Assembly: GCA_037137855.1 (NCBI GenBank)
Contig: JBAXJN010000003.1
Span: 1 to 50,139 of the forward strand
Length of the DNA: 50,139 bases
Direction of reading: 5' to 3'
Origin: Actinomycetes bacterium
Lineage (GTDB): Bacteria > Actinomycetota > Actinomycetes > S36-B12
The position numbers and the translations under genes are program-made. Under the pieces are notes generated by a model. That model saw nothing but the letters and a program-made list of their open reading frames with translations. It was not told the origin of the DNA and made no database searches. Below, in pieces: positions 11,889-26,014 of the stretch (position 1 is its first letter; the number at the start of each line of letters is the position of its first letter).

Positions 11889-12445
11889 CTTCCCGTCGCA
11901 ATGTCATGTCAGCGCTCGCAGTTGGAGCAGTTGGCATCATCATCAGTTGTTCGCTTACTTGGGCAACCGCTACAGTCACCGTGCTCGGTGGAACAGGCTC
12001 ACGAGTGCTGACCTTGAGTGGCGGGCAAGCAGTTCCACAAGCGATATCTCTTTCAATTGTTGCTCTGGCCGGCATGCTTGCGCTGTTGTCCTTGCGCTCG
12101 TGGGCGCGACAACTCGTTGGTGTACTGCTCATCGCTGTCGGATTGGTGATCGAGCTAGGGATTATTGATTTCCTAAGAAATCCGGCAATTGATGCGGGCA
12201 ATGACACGCTTGGGTTGATCCAGACAAACGCCTGGTGGGTCCTTGCGGGTGTGTGTGCGTTCATCATCATCGCGGCAGGCGCGGCTACTGCGGTTTTGAG
12301 TCGTTCCTGGGGGGCGCTGGGCGAGAAATACGAGGCTGAAGGCGTGCGCAAAGCCAAAGCTTTGTCACCTTGGGACGCACTCAATAGTGGCCAAGACCCC
12401 ACGTTGACCCCAGCAGATCCGAAGTTGGACACCGAACCTGCTTAA
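11885..12445 (+). CDS. Trp biosynthesis-associated membrane protein (Trp_oprn_chp-like)
   Basis: Four hydrophobic helices; W..LG.KYE and WDAL..G.DPT C-terminal motifs; directly after trpE. Confidence 0.85.
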   Translation: MTSRRNVMSALAVGAVGIIISCSLTWATATVTVLGGTGSRVLTLSGGQAVPQAISLSIVALAGMLALLSLRSWARQLVGVLLIAVGLVIELGIIDFLRNPAIDAGNDTLGLIQTNAWWVLAGVCAFIIIAAGAATAVLSRSWGALGEKYEAEGVRKAKALSPWDALNSGQDPTLTPADPKLDTEPA

Positions 12446-12453
12446 ATGTACCC

Positions 12454-12675
12454 ATGACTCAAGCAACCACGCCCGTTGTCGCACACGGTCACGGCAACAC
12501 TCCTGCAGCATGGACAGCCGTCATCATCATCATCATTGCCTTCACAGTGGGAACGCTGGGCATCATGGCCGGAAACTGGGTGGTCTTTTGGATTGGTGGT
12601 GCTCTTGTGGTTGTCGGAGCGATCGCTGGCAAGGTCATGCAAATGATGGGGCTAGGGCAAACCCCGCACGAATAA
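12454..12675 (+). CDS. HGxxPAAW-family small membrane protein
   Basis: HGHGNTPAAWT motif, two TM helices, MGLG end. Confidence 0.88.
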   Translation: MTQATTPVVAHGHGNTPAAWTAVIIIIIAFTVGTLGIMAGNWVVFWIGGALVVVGAIAGKVMQMMGLGQTPHE

Positions 12676-12764
12676 CTCCAAGATTTACAAAACTCTGATC
12701 CAGAATTGATCAGGCGCCGACCTTGGCGGCCCAAATCTTGCTCAACATCTGACACGCTAGGCAT

Positions 12765-13460
12765 ATGAGTGACAGCCAAAGTGTGAAAGGTCTCGTTCTC
12801 GTCGTAGAAGACGAGCGAACAATCTCTGATCTGTTACGTATGTACCTCGCACGTGAGGGCTATGGCGTGCATGTAGCTACGACCGGACCTGATGGTTTGT
12901 CATATGCCCGCACATTGCACCCGATTGCGATCATTCTTGACGTAGGCCTGCCAGGCATGGATGGCACGGAAGTTTGTCGGGCATTGCGAAATGAAAGCAA
13001 CTGGACCCCAATCCTGTTTTGCACGGCCCGTGATGAAGAGGTCGATCGAATTCTTGGACTCGAGCTCGGTGCCGATGACTACATCACCAAGCCATTTAGC
13101 CCTCGCGAAGTTGTCGCTCGAGTGAAGTCGGTTGTTCGCCGTGCGCAGCATGCTGCCGCTGCACCTGGACCGGTCACTCTTGGCAAGATCCAGCTCGATC
13201 CAATTACCCGCAGGGTAGAGGTGAATGCCAAAACCATCGCTTTGACTGCGACTGAATTTGATCTTCTCGCTCACTTGATGGAAAACCCAGGCCGAGTCTT
13301 CAGCCGTGATCAATTATTGAGTGAAGTGTGGGGTTACGCGGCAGTGGTCGGAACCCGAACCGTTGATGTGCACGTTGCTCAAGTTCGGGCAAAACTTGGT
13401 GACTTCGACATTATTCGCACAGTTCGCGGAGTTGGGTATTCGGCTGAGGAGCCGCAGTGA
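12765..13460 (+). CDS. OmpR/PhoB-family response regulator
   Basis: VVEDE, LDVGLPGMDG (phospho-Asp), GADDYITKPF; winged helix TATEFDLL, RTVDVHV, TVRGVGY. Confidence 0.96.
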   Translation: MSDSQSVKGLVLVVEDERTISDLLRMYLAREGYGVHVATTGPDGLSYARTLHPIAIILDVGLPGMDGTEVCRALRNESNWTPILFCTARDEEVDRILGLELGADDYITKPFSPREVVARVKSVVRRAQHAAAAPGPVTLGKIQLDPITRRVEVNAKTIALTATEFDLLAHLMENPGRVFSRDQLLSEVWGYAAVVGTRTVDVHVAQVRAKLGDFDIIRTVRGVGYSAEEPQ

Positions 13461-14857
13461 CAACCACGGGTTACCGTGGCGTTAATTTGGTCACGCGCAT
13501 GGTGCTACTGACAAGCGCAGTAGCCGCGATCGTGGTTCTCGTCGCCGGACTGATTTCTTATCCACTCGTTCGTTCCGCAGAACTTTCACAGTCCCAAAAT
13601 CAATTGTCCCGGCTCGCAGATCTCACTGCGGCCGCCATCGATCGCGGAGCACCCGGAGGCAGTGAGCGTGATCGCTTGGTGCCGCAGTCCTTGGCAGCGA
13701 CATTACTTGCCGAGCAAGTTCAGGGATTCCTTGTGTTTGATAACGCGACAGAAGTCCCAGGTGTGCCAGCAGAAGAACTCAAAGAACTTCTTGAGCACGG
13801 AACCCTGTCGTTTGAAGGTGAAATTCGCGGGGACAAAATTCTGGTTGAAGGACGTTCCCTGGCCAGTGGTGGTGCCGTGATTCTGGAACAGCCAGTAACT
13901 GTTGCCGGCGGACCAGCCCAAGCCGGCCTCCTCCGCTTTTTGTTAGCCTTGTTTATCGGGTTGCTCATTGCCATACCTATTGGTTATGTGGCGGCAAAGC
14001 GCATGGTGCGTCCGCTGCGTGCAGCCAGAGATGCGGCTTATGAAATCCAAGGTGGATCGCGCGAGGTTCGCCTGACGCTAGAGGGACCAAGCGAAGTCGC
14101 TGAGATTGCGCTAGCGCTGAATTCACTGAGTTCTGCTCTACAGACATCAGAGCAACGCCAACGCGAGTTCTTGCTCTCCGTTTCCCATGAACTTCGCACG
14201 CCATTAACGGCTGTCAAGGGTTATGCGGAAGCACTCGCGGATGATGTGATTGGGCCAGAAGATGTCGCTAAAACTGGAGCGATTGTGGCGGCGGAAGCGC
14301 AACGCCTTGATCGCCTCGTCAGTGATTTGCTCGACTTAGCCCGCCTAGGTGCAGTGCATTTCAGGGTGAACCCAGCAAGGGTTGAGATGCAAGAAGTCGG
14401 AACCGATGCCGCTGAAGTGTGGCGTACTCGGTGTGAACGCGAGGACGTTCGGTTCTTTGCTGAACTGCCACCCGATTCGCTCGTCGTGACTACTGACCCC
14501 ATGCGACTGCGGCAAATCATCGACAACTTGGCTGAAAATGCGCTTCGAGTTTCGCCCTCGGGCTCTGTGGTGGTGCTTGCGATTCGTTCTGTAGCTGACG
14601 GCATCGAAGTTGAAGTGCGCGATTCTGGTCCGGGTCTCACCGACGATGACATGACTATTGCCTTTGAACCGGGTGCTCTGTATGAGCGCTACCGCGGTGT
14701 TCGTCCAGTAGGAACTGGGCTTGGGCTAGCGCTGGTTGGCAGACTCGCTCACGGGCTCGGTGGATCTGCTCGCGTCACCACAGCACCCGAAGGTGGCGCG
14801 TGTTTCACTGTCTTCTTGCCGACTGTTTTCAACGATCCAAGTGCCGAACTAGCCTGA
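13457..14857 (+). CDS. Membrane sensor histidine kinase (HAMP-HisKA-HATPase)
   Basis: Two TM segments, HAMP region, H-box VSHELRTPLT, N-box DNLAENA, DSGPG, GTGLGL; GTGA overlap with the regulator. Confidence 0.95.
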   Translation: MTTTGYRGVNLVTRMVLLTSAVAAIVVLVAGLISYPLVRSAELSQSQNQLSRLADLTAAAIDRGAPGGSERDRLVPQSLAATLLAEQVQGFLVFDNATEVPGVPAEELKELLEHGTLSFEGEIRGDKILVEGRSLASGGAVILEQPVTVAGGPAQAGLLRFLLALFIGLLIAIPIGYVAAKRMVRPLRAARDAAYEIQGGSREVRLTLEGPSEVAEIALALNSLSSALQTSEQRQREFLLSVSHELRTPLTAVKGYAEALADDVIGPEDVAKTGAIVAAEAQRLDRLVSDLLDLARLGAVHFRVNPARVEMQEVGTDAAEVWRTRCEREDVRFFAELPPDSLVVTTDPMRLRQIIDNLAENALRVSPSGSVVVLAIRSVADGIEVEVRDSGPGLTDDDMTIAFEPGALYERYRGVRPVGTGLGLALVGRLAHGLGGSARVTTAPEGGACFTVFLPTVFNDPSAELA

Positions 14858-14861
14858 ACTC

Positions 14862-15317
14862 ATGGATCCAGATCAGATCGTTGCACCGAGCCGACTCGAT
14901 GAGCGCCCGCTCATGCGACGACTTGTGGCACCCCTTGGCGTTGCCGTGGTTGCAGTGGCGGGCTGTGCCTATCTGGCGTTGGTCAATCCGAACGAGGCTG
15001 GCCACTATCCGGTGTGTCCGTCTCGAGCGATTTTCGGCGTGGACTGCCCGGGCTGTGGAGGAATGCGAGGGATGCACTCCTTGCTGCACGGTGATCTCGG
15101 TGCAGCGCTCAATCACAATGTGCTGCTCCTCATCGTGGTGCCCCTTGCGGTTGTGTTCTGGGTGCGTTGGCTGATCTCTGCAGTTCAGGGTAGGTATCCA
15201 TCGGTTACCTCTCGGCAATTTCAATTTCGAAACCGCACCTTGATTATTTCGCTTGTCGTGATCCTTGCTTTTGGTGTTGTTCGTAACTTTGTGCCGTATC
15301 TGGGCTCTGGGATCTGA
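14862..15317 (+). CDS. DUF2752-family membrane protein
   Basis: CPSRAIFGVDCPGCGGMRG motif, three TM segments, FGVVRN end. Confidence 0.88.
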   Translation: MDPDQIVAPSRLDERPLMRRLVAPLGVAVVAVAGCAYLALVNPNEAGHYPVCPSRAIFGVDCPGCGGMRGMHSLLHGDLGAALNHNVLLLIVVPLAVVFWVRWLISAVQGRYPSVTSRQFQFRNRTLIISLVVILAFGVVRNFVPYLGSGI

Positions 15318-15347
15318 GCCACCTACCGGGATGTGGCGCATGCTCAA

Positions 15348-15353
15348 TAGACT
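15348..15353 (+). promoter_or_regulatory. Putative -10 hexamer (TAGACT) of leaderless trpCBA transcript
   Basis: TANNNT 6 nt before GTG 15360. Confidence 0.6.
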
Positions 15354-15359
15354 TTGTCT

Positions 15360-16160
15360 GTGAGCGTGTTGGCCGAAATCATTGTTGGAGTACGCGAAGA
15401 CACTGCCATGCGCAAGGCGTCGATTTCTTTGGCTGACCTGAAAACTCGGGCCGCATCAGTTGCTCCGGCAATCCCGGTGATTCCTGGATTGATGCGCGGT
15501 GGGGTTCAGCTCATTGCCGAAGTGAAACGTTCAAGTCCTAGCAAAGGGGCCTTGGCTGTCATTGCGGATCCAGCCGCGCTCGCATTGGATTATGAGGCGG
15601 GGGGAGCCTCCGCGATTTCGGTATTGACTGAACAGCGTCGCTTTGGTGGAAGTCTGGCTGATTTAGATGCGGTTCGGGCGGCAGTGCGGATCCCGGTGTT
15701 GCGCAAGGACTTCATGGTCGAGGAATACCAGTTCTGGGAGGCTCGGGCTCATGGAGCAGACATTGTGTTGCTGATCGTTGCGGGGCTTGATCAGCCAGAA
15801 CTCATTGATTTCCTAGCAATGGCTCGAGGCCTTGGCATGACACCTTTGGTTGAAGTTCATGATGAGGATGAAATAGCGCGTGCACTTGCGGCTGGAGCTG
15901 ACGTCATTGGCGTCAATGCGCGCAACTTAAAAACTCTTGAAGTGGATCGTGACGTCTTTGCCCGGGTTGCCTCAAAGATTCCGTCATCATGTGTTCGGAT
16001 AGCTGAGTCGGGTGTTCGCTCGCCTGAAGATGTCGCGACGTACGGTAGTCAAGGGGCTGACGCGGTTTTGGTTGGTGAAGCACTCGTAGTTGGTTCACAT
16101 CCGCAGGCTTCTGCTCGTGCGATGATTGATGCCGGCGCAACGATTGGGAAGAGCACATGA
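15360..16160 (+). CDS. trpC: Indole-3-glycerol phosphate synthase
   Basis: [33 protein letters not shown]; start refined to GTG 15360. Confidence 0.97.
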   Translation: MSVLAEIIVGVREDTAMRKASISLADLKTRAASVAPAIPVIPGLMRGGVQLIAEVKRSSPSKGALAVIADPAALALDYEAGGASAISVLTEQRRFGGSLADLDAVRAAVRIPVLRKDFMVEEYQFWEARAHGADIVLLIVAGLDQPELIDFLAMARGLGMTPLVEVHDEDEIARALAAGADVIGVNARNLKTLEVDRDVFARVASKIPSSCVRIAESGVRSPEDVATYGSQGADAVLVGEALVVGSHPQASARAMIDAGATIGKST

Positions 16161-17383
16161 CAACTGGTCACTACGGCCCGTACGGCGGCCGATTCGTTCC
16201 GGAAGCCTTGACTGCAGCCCTCGATGAACTCGACGCTGCATTTCGTAGCGCGATTGTGGACGATGTCTTTCTTGCAGAACTGCGCGATTTGGAACGTAAC
16301 TACACCGGACGCCCCAACCCGCTCACCTTCGCTCAACGTTTCAGCGAATATTGCGGTGGAGCTCGTGTGTATCTCAAGCGTGAGGATCTCAATCACACTG
16401 GTTCACACAAGATTAACAATGTGTTAGGTCAAGCTTTGCTTACAAAGCGCATGGGCAAGACGCGGATGATTGCTGAAACTGGTGCAGGCCAGCATGGCGT
16501 AGCCACGGCTACTGCTGCGGCGCTCTTCGGGCTTGAATGCACGGTATACATGGGGCTTGAAGACACACGCCGGCAGGCATTGAACGTTGCCCGCATGAAG
16601 CTGCTCGGCGCTGAAGTAATTCCGGTCACTGCCGGTAGTCAAACCTTAAAAGATGCAATCAACGAAGCCATGCGCGACTGGGTTGCTTCAGTGGAGCACA
16701 CGCACTATGTGCTCGGCACTGTCACAGGTCCGGCACCGTTCCCAGAAATGGTTCGCTATTTTCATTCCGTTATTGGTGTCGAAGCGCGTGAACAAATTCT
16801 CATTGCCGAGGGACGTTTGCCTGATGCAGCAGTTGCTTGCGTCGGTGGCGGGTCAAATGCGATGGGCTTGTTCAGCGGGTTCATGGATGACGAAAGCGTG
16901 ATGTTGCGCGGGTATGAAGCGGGTGGGGAGGGCATTGAAACTGGGCGTCATTCTGCACGCTTTGCAGGTGGCACTCCTGGCGTACTCCACGGTGCGCGCA
17001 CCTACGTCATGCAAGATGAGTGGGGACAAACCGCACCGTCGCATTCAATCAGCGCAGGTATGGACTATCCGGGTGTGGGACCAGAACACGCTTGGCTCCA
17101 CGACACAGGTCGCGCTATCTATGAATCAGTGACTGACGCCGAAGCGATGGAAGCTTTTTCTTTGCTGTCGCGCACTGAGGGCATCATCCCAGCTATTGAA
17201 ACAGCTCATGGGTTGGCTGGCGCGATGCGGCTTGGTAAAGAACTGGGGCCGACGGGCGTCATCATCGTGAATCTTTCTGGTCGAGGAGATAAAGATGTCG
17301 CGACTGCGGCTCGATGGTTTGAGATTGACCTAGGAACCACAGTGATGAACGAAGTCTCACCTGAAATGCGAGAGGGCCGATGA
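16157..17383 (+). CDS. trpB: Tryptophan synthase beta chain
   Basis: [23 protein letters not shown] (PLP Lys), [25 protein letters not shown]. Confidence 0.98.
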   Translation: MTTGHYGPYGGRFVPEALTAALDELDAAFRSAIVDDVFLAELRDLERNYTGRPNPLTFAQRFSEYCGGARVYLKREDLNHTGSHKINNVLGQALLTKRMGKTRMIAETGAGQHGVATATAAALFGLECTVYMGLEDTRRQALNVARMKLLGAEVIPVTAGSQTLKDAINEAMRDWVASVEHTHYVLGTVTGPAPFPEMVRYFHSVIGVEAREQILIAEGRLPDAAVACVGGGSNAMGLFSGFMDDESVMLRGYEAGGEGIETGRHSARFAGGTPGVLHGARTYVMQDEWGQTAPSHSISAGMDYPGVGPEHAWLHDTGRAIYESVTDAEAMEAFSLLSRTEGIIPAIETAHGLAGAMRLGKELGPTGVIIVNLSGRGDKDVATAARWFEIDLGTTVMNEVSPEMREGR

Positions 17384-18183
17384 GTCGTCATGTTGCGGAG
17401 GCGTTCGCCCTGGCGAAGTCCGAAAACCGATCAGCGCTCATTGGCTATTTGCCGGCAGGATTTCCAACCCCACAAATGTCAGTGCAGTTAATCAATGCGA
17501 TGGTGGCCTCAGGTGTCGACATCATTGAAGTGGGATTGCCATATTCAGATCCATTGATGGATGGTCCGGTGATTCAGCAGGCGGTCAATCAAGCCCTTGA
17601 TGCCGGAACCACAACTGATGTGGTGCTTGACATCGTGCGCCAAGTTGTTGATGCGGGAGCTATCGCGGTTGTCATGAGCTATTGGAATCCAATCGAACGC
17701 TACGGCGTCAAGAAGTTTGCCGCAGGTTTGCAGGCTGCTGGAGGCAGCGGTGTGATCGCTCCAGATCTGACTCCCGAGGAAGCAGCAGATTGGGCAGCAG
17801 CAACGATCGAACACGATATTGATCGTGTTTTCATGGTGGCTCCATCGTCAACACCCGCTCGCATTGCTGCCATTGTTGGTGTCACTACCGGGTTTGTCTA
17901 CGCGGCATCAACGATGGGAGTTACCGGAGCTCGCACGACGGTGAGCAGCGGTGCCCATGATCTGGTTTCTCGCACCCGCGAGCACACGAGCCTGCCCATC
18001 GCCGTCGGACTAGGTGTCTCAACGGGGGATCAGGCGGCAGAGATTGCAGCCTATGCCGACGGTGTCATCGTGGGCTCAGCCTTCGTCCGACGGGTGCTTG
18101 ATGCCCCAACAGATGAGGCCGCTATTGCCGGGGTGAGTGAGCTCGCGCAAGAATTAGCCGCAGGGGTGCGACGCTCAACCTGA
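17380..18183 (+). CDS. trpA: Tryptophan synthase alpha chain
   Basis: [34 protein letters not shown]. Confidence 0.98.
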   Translation: MSRHVAEAFALAKSENRSALIGYLPAGFPTPQMSVQLINAMVASGVDIIEVGLPYSDPLMDGPVIQQAVNQALDAGTTTDVVLDIVRQVVDAGAIAVVMSYWNPIERYGVKKFAAGLQAAGGSGVIAPDLTPEEAADWAAATIEHDIDRVFMVAPSSTPARIAAIVGVTTGFVYAASTMGVTGARTTVSSGAHDLVSRTREHTSLPIAVGLGVSTGDQAAEIAAYADGVIVGSAFVRRVLDAPTDEAAIAGVSELAQELAAGVRRST

Positions 18184-18255
18184 TCTTTCACGTACGGTGT
18201 ACGCAGTGCTCATGACCAGCTGCGGCACTACAGACCAACCAAGGAGTTCGACGCG

Positions 18256-19053
18256 ATGAGTAATTCAGCAAATGATCGCCGATCAAGTGCAGCCGCTGCC
18301 CGAAATGCAGCAGTAGGCGGTGATAAGAAGCGCGAGCGTGTCATGCGCATCGTTGGCGCAGCCGTTGTTCTTGTGGTGGTCGCAGCAATCATCGTAATCG
18401 CCGTGGTAGCCAAGAACTCCTCCAAGACGCCCGTAGTTACTCCTACAGCCGATCCAAACGCAGCAATCCCTACCTCGGTGTTTGCTGCAAACTCTAAGTA
18501 TGCGTTCGGTGTGCCATTTGGAACCGGAACCGCCAAAGTTCCCGTGCTTGAACTTTGGGAAGATTTCCAGTGCCCGTCATGTGAAGCTGTTGAAACGGCG
18601 AATGGTGCTGGCATTGAGGCGTTGGCAACCAATGGCAAAGTTCAGCTCATTTATCGTCCAACCACATTTCTTGATAAGAATTTGAATAATGACTCCTCTG
18701 CGCGGGCGACTGCAGCCTGGGGCTGCGCAATTGATGCAGGCAAAACTGTGCAGTACCACAACGCCATCTATGCAAACCCTCCCGCTACAGAGGGCATAGG
18801 TTTCACGAATGACAAGTTATTGGGTTTTGCGGGTGACGCAGGCATTGAAGGTGCGGCCCTTGACAAGTTCAAAACCTGTTTCGATGCCCAAAAGTATTTG
18901 TCCTGGTCAGCGAACAGCACTGAAGCTTTCTACACGTCAGGCGCCAAAGGCACTCCGTACGGAGTACTCAATGGAAAGCCGTTAGATAACGCAGTGCTTG
19001 CTGACAAGGCAAAGCTTGATGCGGCAGTGGCTGCAGCTACCGCTGGTCAATAA
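18256..19053 (+). CDS. Membrane-anchored DsbA-family thioredoxin-fold protein
   Basis: N-terminal TM anchor, EDFQCPSC (CxxC), GTP cis-Pro loop; SD AAGGAG upstream. Confidence 0.9.
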   Translation: MSNSANDRRSSAAAARNAAVGGDKKRERVMRIVGAAVVLVVVAAIIVIAVVAKNSSKTPVVTPTADPNAAIPTSVFAANSKYAFGVPFGTGTAKVPVLELWEDFQCPSCEAVETANGAGIEALATNGKVQLIYRPTTFLDKNLNNDSSARATAAWGCAIDAGKTVQYHNAIYANPPATEGIGFTNDKLLGFAGDAGIEGAALDKFKTCFDAQKYLSWSANSTEAFYTSGAKGTPYGVLNGKPLDNAVLADKAKLDAAVAAATAGQ

Positions 19054-19055
19054 CG

Positions 19056-19883
19056 TTGGTCATCGCCTCGATTCCAAGCCCTGAGCATGGGGTATGGAAT
19101 TTAGGTCCGTTACCTATCCGCGCCTATGCGTTCGCGATCATCATCGGCATTGTTGTCGCGGTTTGGATAGGTAATCGCAGATACATTGCTCGAGGCGGTG
19201 TGCCGGGCACGATCACTGATCTTGCGGTGTGGGCGGTGCCATTTGGCATTGTTGGTGGCCGGCTTTACCACGTGATTACTGATCACCAGTTGTATTTTGG
19301 ACCAGGGGGTTCCGGGTTTTCCGGCGCCATCAAGATTTGGGACGGCGGTCTTGGTATCTGGGGTGCTATTGCACTTGGAACTCTGGGTGCCTGGATCGGA
19401 GCCAAACGCAAGGGGATCGCACTTTTGCCGGTGGCAGATGCAATTGCGCCGGGAGTGGCGGTTGCTCAGGCGATAGGTCGCCTCGGTAACTACTTCAATC
19501 AGGAACTCTTTGGCTCGCCCACGAATCTGCCCTGGAGCCTTGAAATTGATGCTGCTCATCGACCTGCGGGCTATGGCGAATTTACGACCTTTCACCCCAC
19601 GTTCCTCTACGAAGCTCTGTGGATGCTGGGAGTCGCGCTGATCTTGGTCTGGGCAGATAAGCGCTACAACCTGGGCCACGGGCGCGTTTTTGCCCTCTAC
19701 ATCGTCTTGTATTGCGTAGGTAGGTTCTGGATCGAAGCCCTAAGAATTGACTCCGCCCATCATATTTTGGGCCTTCGCCTCAATGACTGGACCGCCCTGC
19801 TGGTGGGCGTAGGAGGGCTGATCTGGTTGATCCAATCTGCCCGCACTAAGCCAGGGCGCGAAGCACTGGATTCTTCAGGGTAA
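19056..19883 (+). CDS. lgt: Prolipoprotein diacylglyceryl transferase
   Basis: GGRLYHV, GGLGIWG, QAIGRLGNYFNQELFG, HPTFLYE, RFWIEALR. Confidence 0.97.
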   Translation: MVIASIPSPEHGVWNLGPLPIRAYAFAIIIGIVVAVWIGNRRYIARGGVPGTITDLAVWAVPFGIVGGRLYHVITDHQLYFGPGGSGFSGAIKIWDGGLGIWGAIALGTLGAWIGAKRKGIALLPVADAIAPGVAVAQAIGRLGNYFNQELFGSPTNLPWSLEIDAAHRPAGYGEFTTFHPTFLYEALWMLGVALILVWADKRYNLGHGRVFALYIVLYCVGRFWIEALRIDSAHHILGLRLNDWTALLVGVGGLIWLIQSARTKPGREALDSSG

Positions 19884-19968
19884 GATTTCTCTGGTTGGGC
19901 CAACGTCGTCCCGATGAGTCAGGCTTCTTATTGGGAGTCTGCCCGGCTACGACGAATGGATTGGCACC
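19881..19968 (+). promoter_or_regulatory. gltB promoter (-10 TAAGAT) and structured 5' leader
   Basis: TAAGAT 19881-19886; complementary pairs GCCAA/TTGGC, CGTCGT/ACGACG and CAGGCTTC/GGAGTCTG. Confidence 0.5.
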
Positions 19969-24492
<4,524 letters not shown>

Positions 24493-24493
24493 A

Positions 24494-25948
24494 ATGGCTG
24501 ATCCAAGAGGATTCCTCAACGTAAGTCGCGAGACTCCAACGCGTCGTCCGGTAGATATTCGACTGCAGGACTGGCGTGAGGTTTATGAAGAGTTCGGCGA
24601 TGACAAGCTTGAGAAGCAAGCAAGTCGTTGCATGGACTGTGGCATTCCGTTTTGTAATAACGGGTGTCCTCTTGGCAACCTGATTCCTGAATGGAATGAC
24701 TTGGTGTATCGCCATGACTGGGAAGTTGCGATTGAGCGTTTGCATGCAACAAATAACTTCCCTGAATTCACTGGCCGGCTTTGTCCTGCACCTTGTGAGA
24801 CTGCATGTGTCCTTGGCATTAACCAAGAACCTGTTGCGATCAAGCAGATCGAAGTCTCGATTATTGATAAGGCTTTTGAGCAAGGCTGGGTTTCACCTCA
24901 GGTGCCAGAGCGGGTAAGTGGTCGCACAGTGGCCGTTGTGGGATCAGGACCTGCCGGGCTGGCGGCCGCACAGCAACTAGCGCGGGCCGGTCACACGGTG
25001 GCTGTATATGAAAGGTCAGATCGCATTGGCGGTTTGCTGCGCTACGGCATTCCAGAGTTCAAGATGGAAAAGAGCATCCTGGATCGCAGGCTTGATCAGA
25101 TGACGCAAGAAGGTGTCCGCTTTCGCCCCGGCGTCGATATTGGTATCGATGTCACCGGCCAAGATCTTCGTAAGCGCTATGACGCTGTAGTGATCGCTAT
25201 CGGTGCAACGAAGTGGCGTGACTTGCCAGTTCCTGGTCGCGAACTCAACGGCATCTTTCAGGCCATGGAACTTCTTCCGTTGGCTAACCGTGTGCAAGAA
25301 GGAGACCTAGAGTCTTCACCCCTTGATGTTGCTGGCAAGCACGTCGTGATCATCGGTGGTGGCGATACTGGCGCAGACTGCTTGGGTACTTCACATCGTC
25401 AAGGTGCGGCATCAGTTACTCAACTCGAAATTTTGCCAACTCCACCGGCTGATCGTCCAGATTCTCAGCCTTGGCCAACCTACCCAATGACGTATCGCAC
25501 CTCCAGTGCGCACGAAGAAGGCGGAGATCGTCTTTTCGCGGTTTCAACCACGCACTTCGTTGACGATGGCAATGGCAATGTTAAGGCATTGGCACTTGTT
25601 GAAGTTGAACCGTTTGAGGGTGGCTTTCGACCAGTTCCTGGCTCAGAGCGCGAAATTCCTGCTGACGTCGTCATGCTTGCGATGGGCTTCACTGGGCCAG
25701 AAGCTGATGCAATTGCAGAGCAGTTTGAGCTCAGCGTTGATGGTCGTGGCAATCTCAATAGAGATGCGCACTACGCAACGGAAGTCGAGGGCGTATTCGT
25801 CGCAGGAGATGCTGGTCGAGGCCAGTCATTGATCGTGTGGGCCATTGCTGAAGGTCGCGCGGCTGCTGCTGCTGTGGATACTTTCCTCACTGGCAGTACG
25901 AATCTTCCGGCTCCAATTGAGTCGACCGCTCGGCAAGTGCTCGCATAA
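24494..25948 (+). CDS. gltD: Glutamate synthase small subunit
   Basis: RCMDCGIPFC..GCP, GRLCPAPCETAC Fe-S motifs; GSGPAG; IGGGDTG; follows gltB. Confidence 0.97.
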   Translation: MADPRGFLNVSRETPTRRPVDIRLQDWREVYEEFGDDKLEKQASRCMDCGIPFCNNGCPLGNLIPEWNDLVYRHDWEVAIERLHATNNFPEFTGRLCPAPCETACVLGINQEPVAIKQIEVSIIDKAFEQGWVSPQVPERVSGRTVAVVGSGPAGLAAAQQLARAGHTVAVYERSDRIGGLLRYGIPEFKMEKSILDRRLDQMTQEGVRFRPGVDIGIDVTGQDLRKRYDAVVIAIGATKWRDLPVPGRELNGIFQAMELLPLANRVQEGDLESSPLDVAGKHVVIIGGGDTGADCLGTSHRQGAASVTQLEILPTPPADRPDSQPWPTYPMTYRTSSAHEEGGDRLFAVSTTHFVDDGNGNVKALALVEVEPFEGGFRPVPGSEREIPADVVMLAMGFTGPEADAIAEQFELSVDGRGNLNRDAHYATEVEGVFVAGDAGRGQSLIVWAIAEGRAAAAAVDTFLTGSTNLPAPIESTARQVLA

Positions 25949-25976
25949 CGTTTCACTCTGCGCCCTGGCGTAGCGA

Positions 25977-25990
25977 TGACACCGTTTACA
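25977..25990. promoter_or_regulatory. Candidate LacI/GalR-family operator upstream of pyk
   Basis: TGACACCGTTTACA matches TGNNANCGNTNNCA; lies upstream of -10 TAAGAT (26002-26007). Confidence 0.4.
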
Positions 25991-26014
25991 CACTGATCGG
26001 GTAAGATCAGACTT

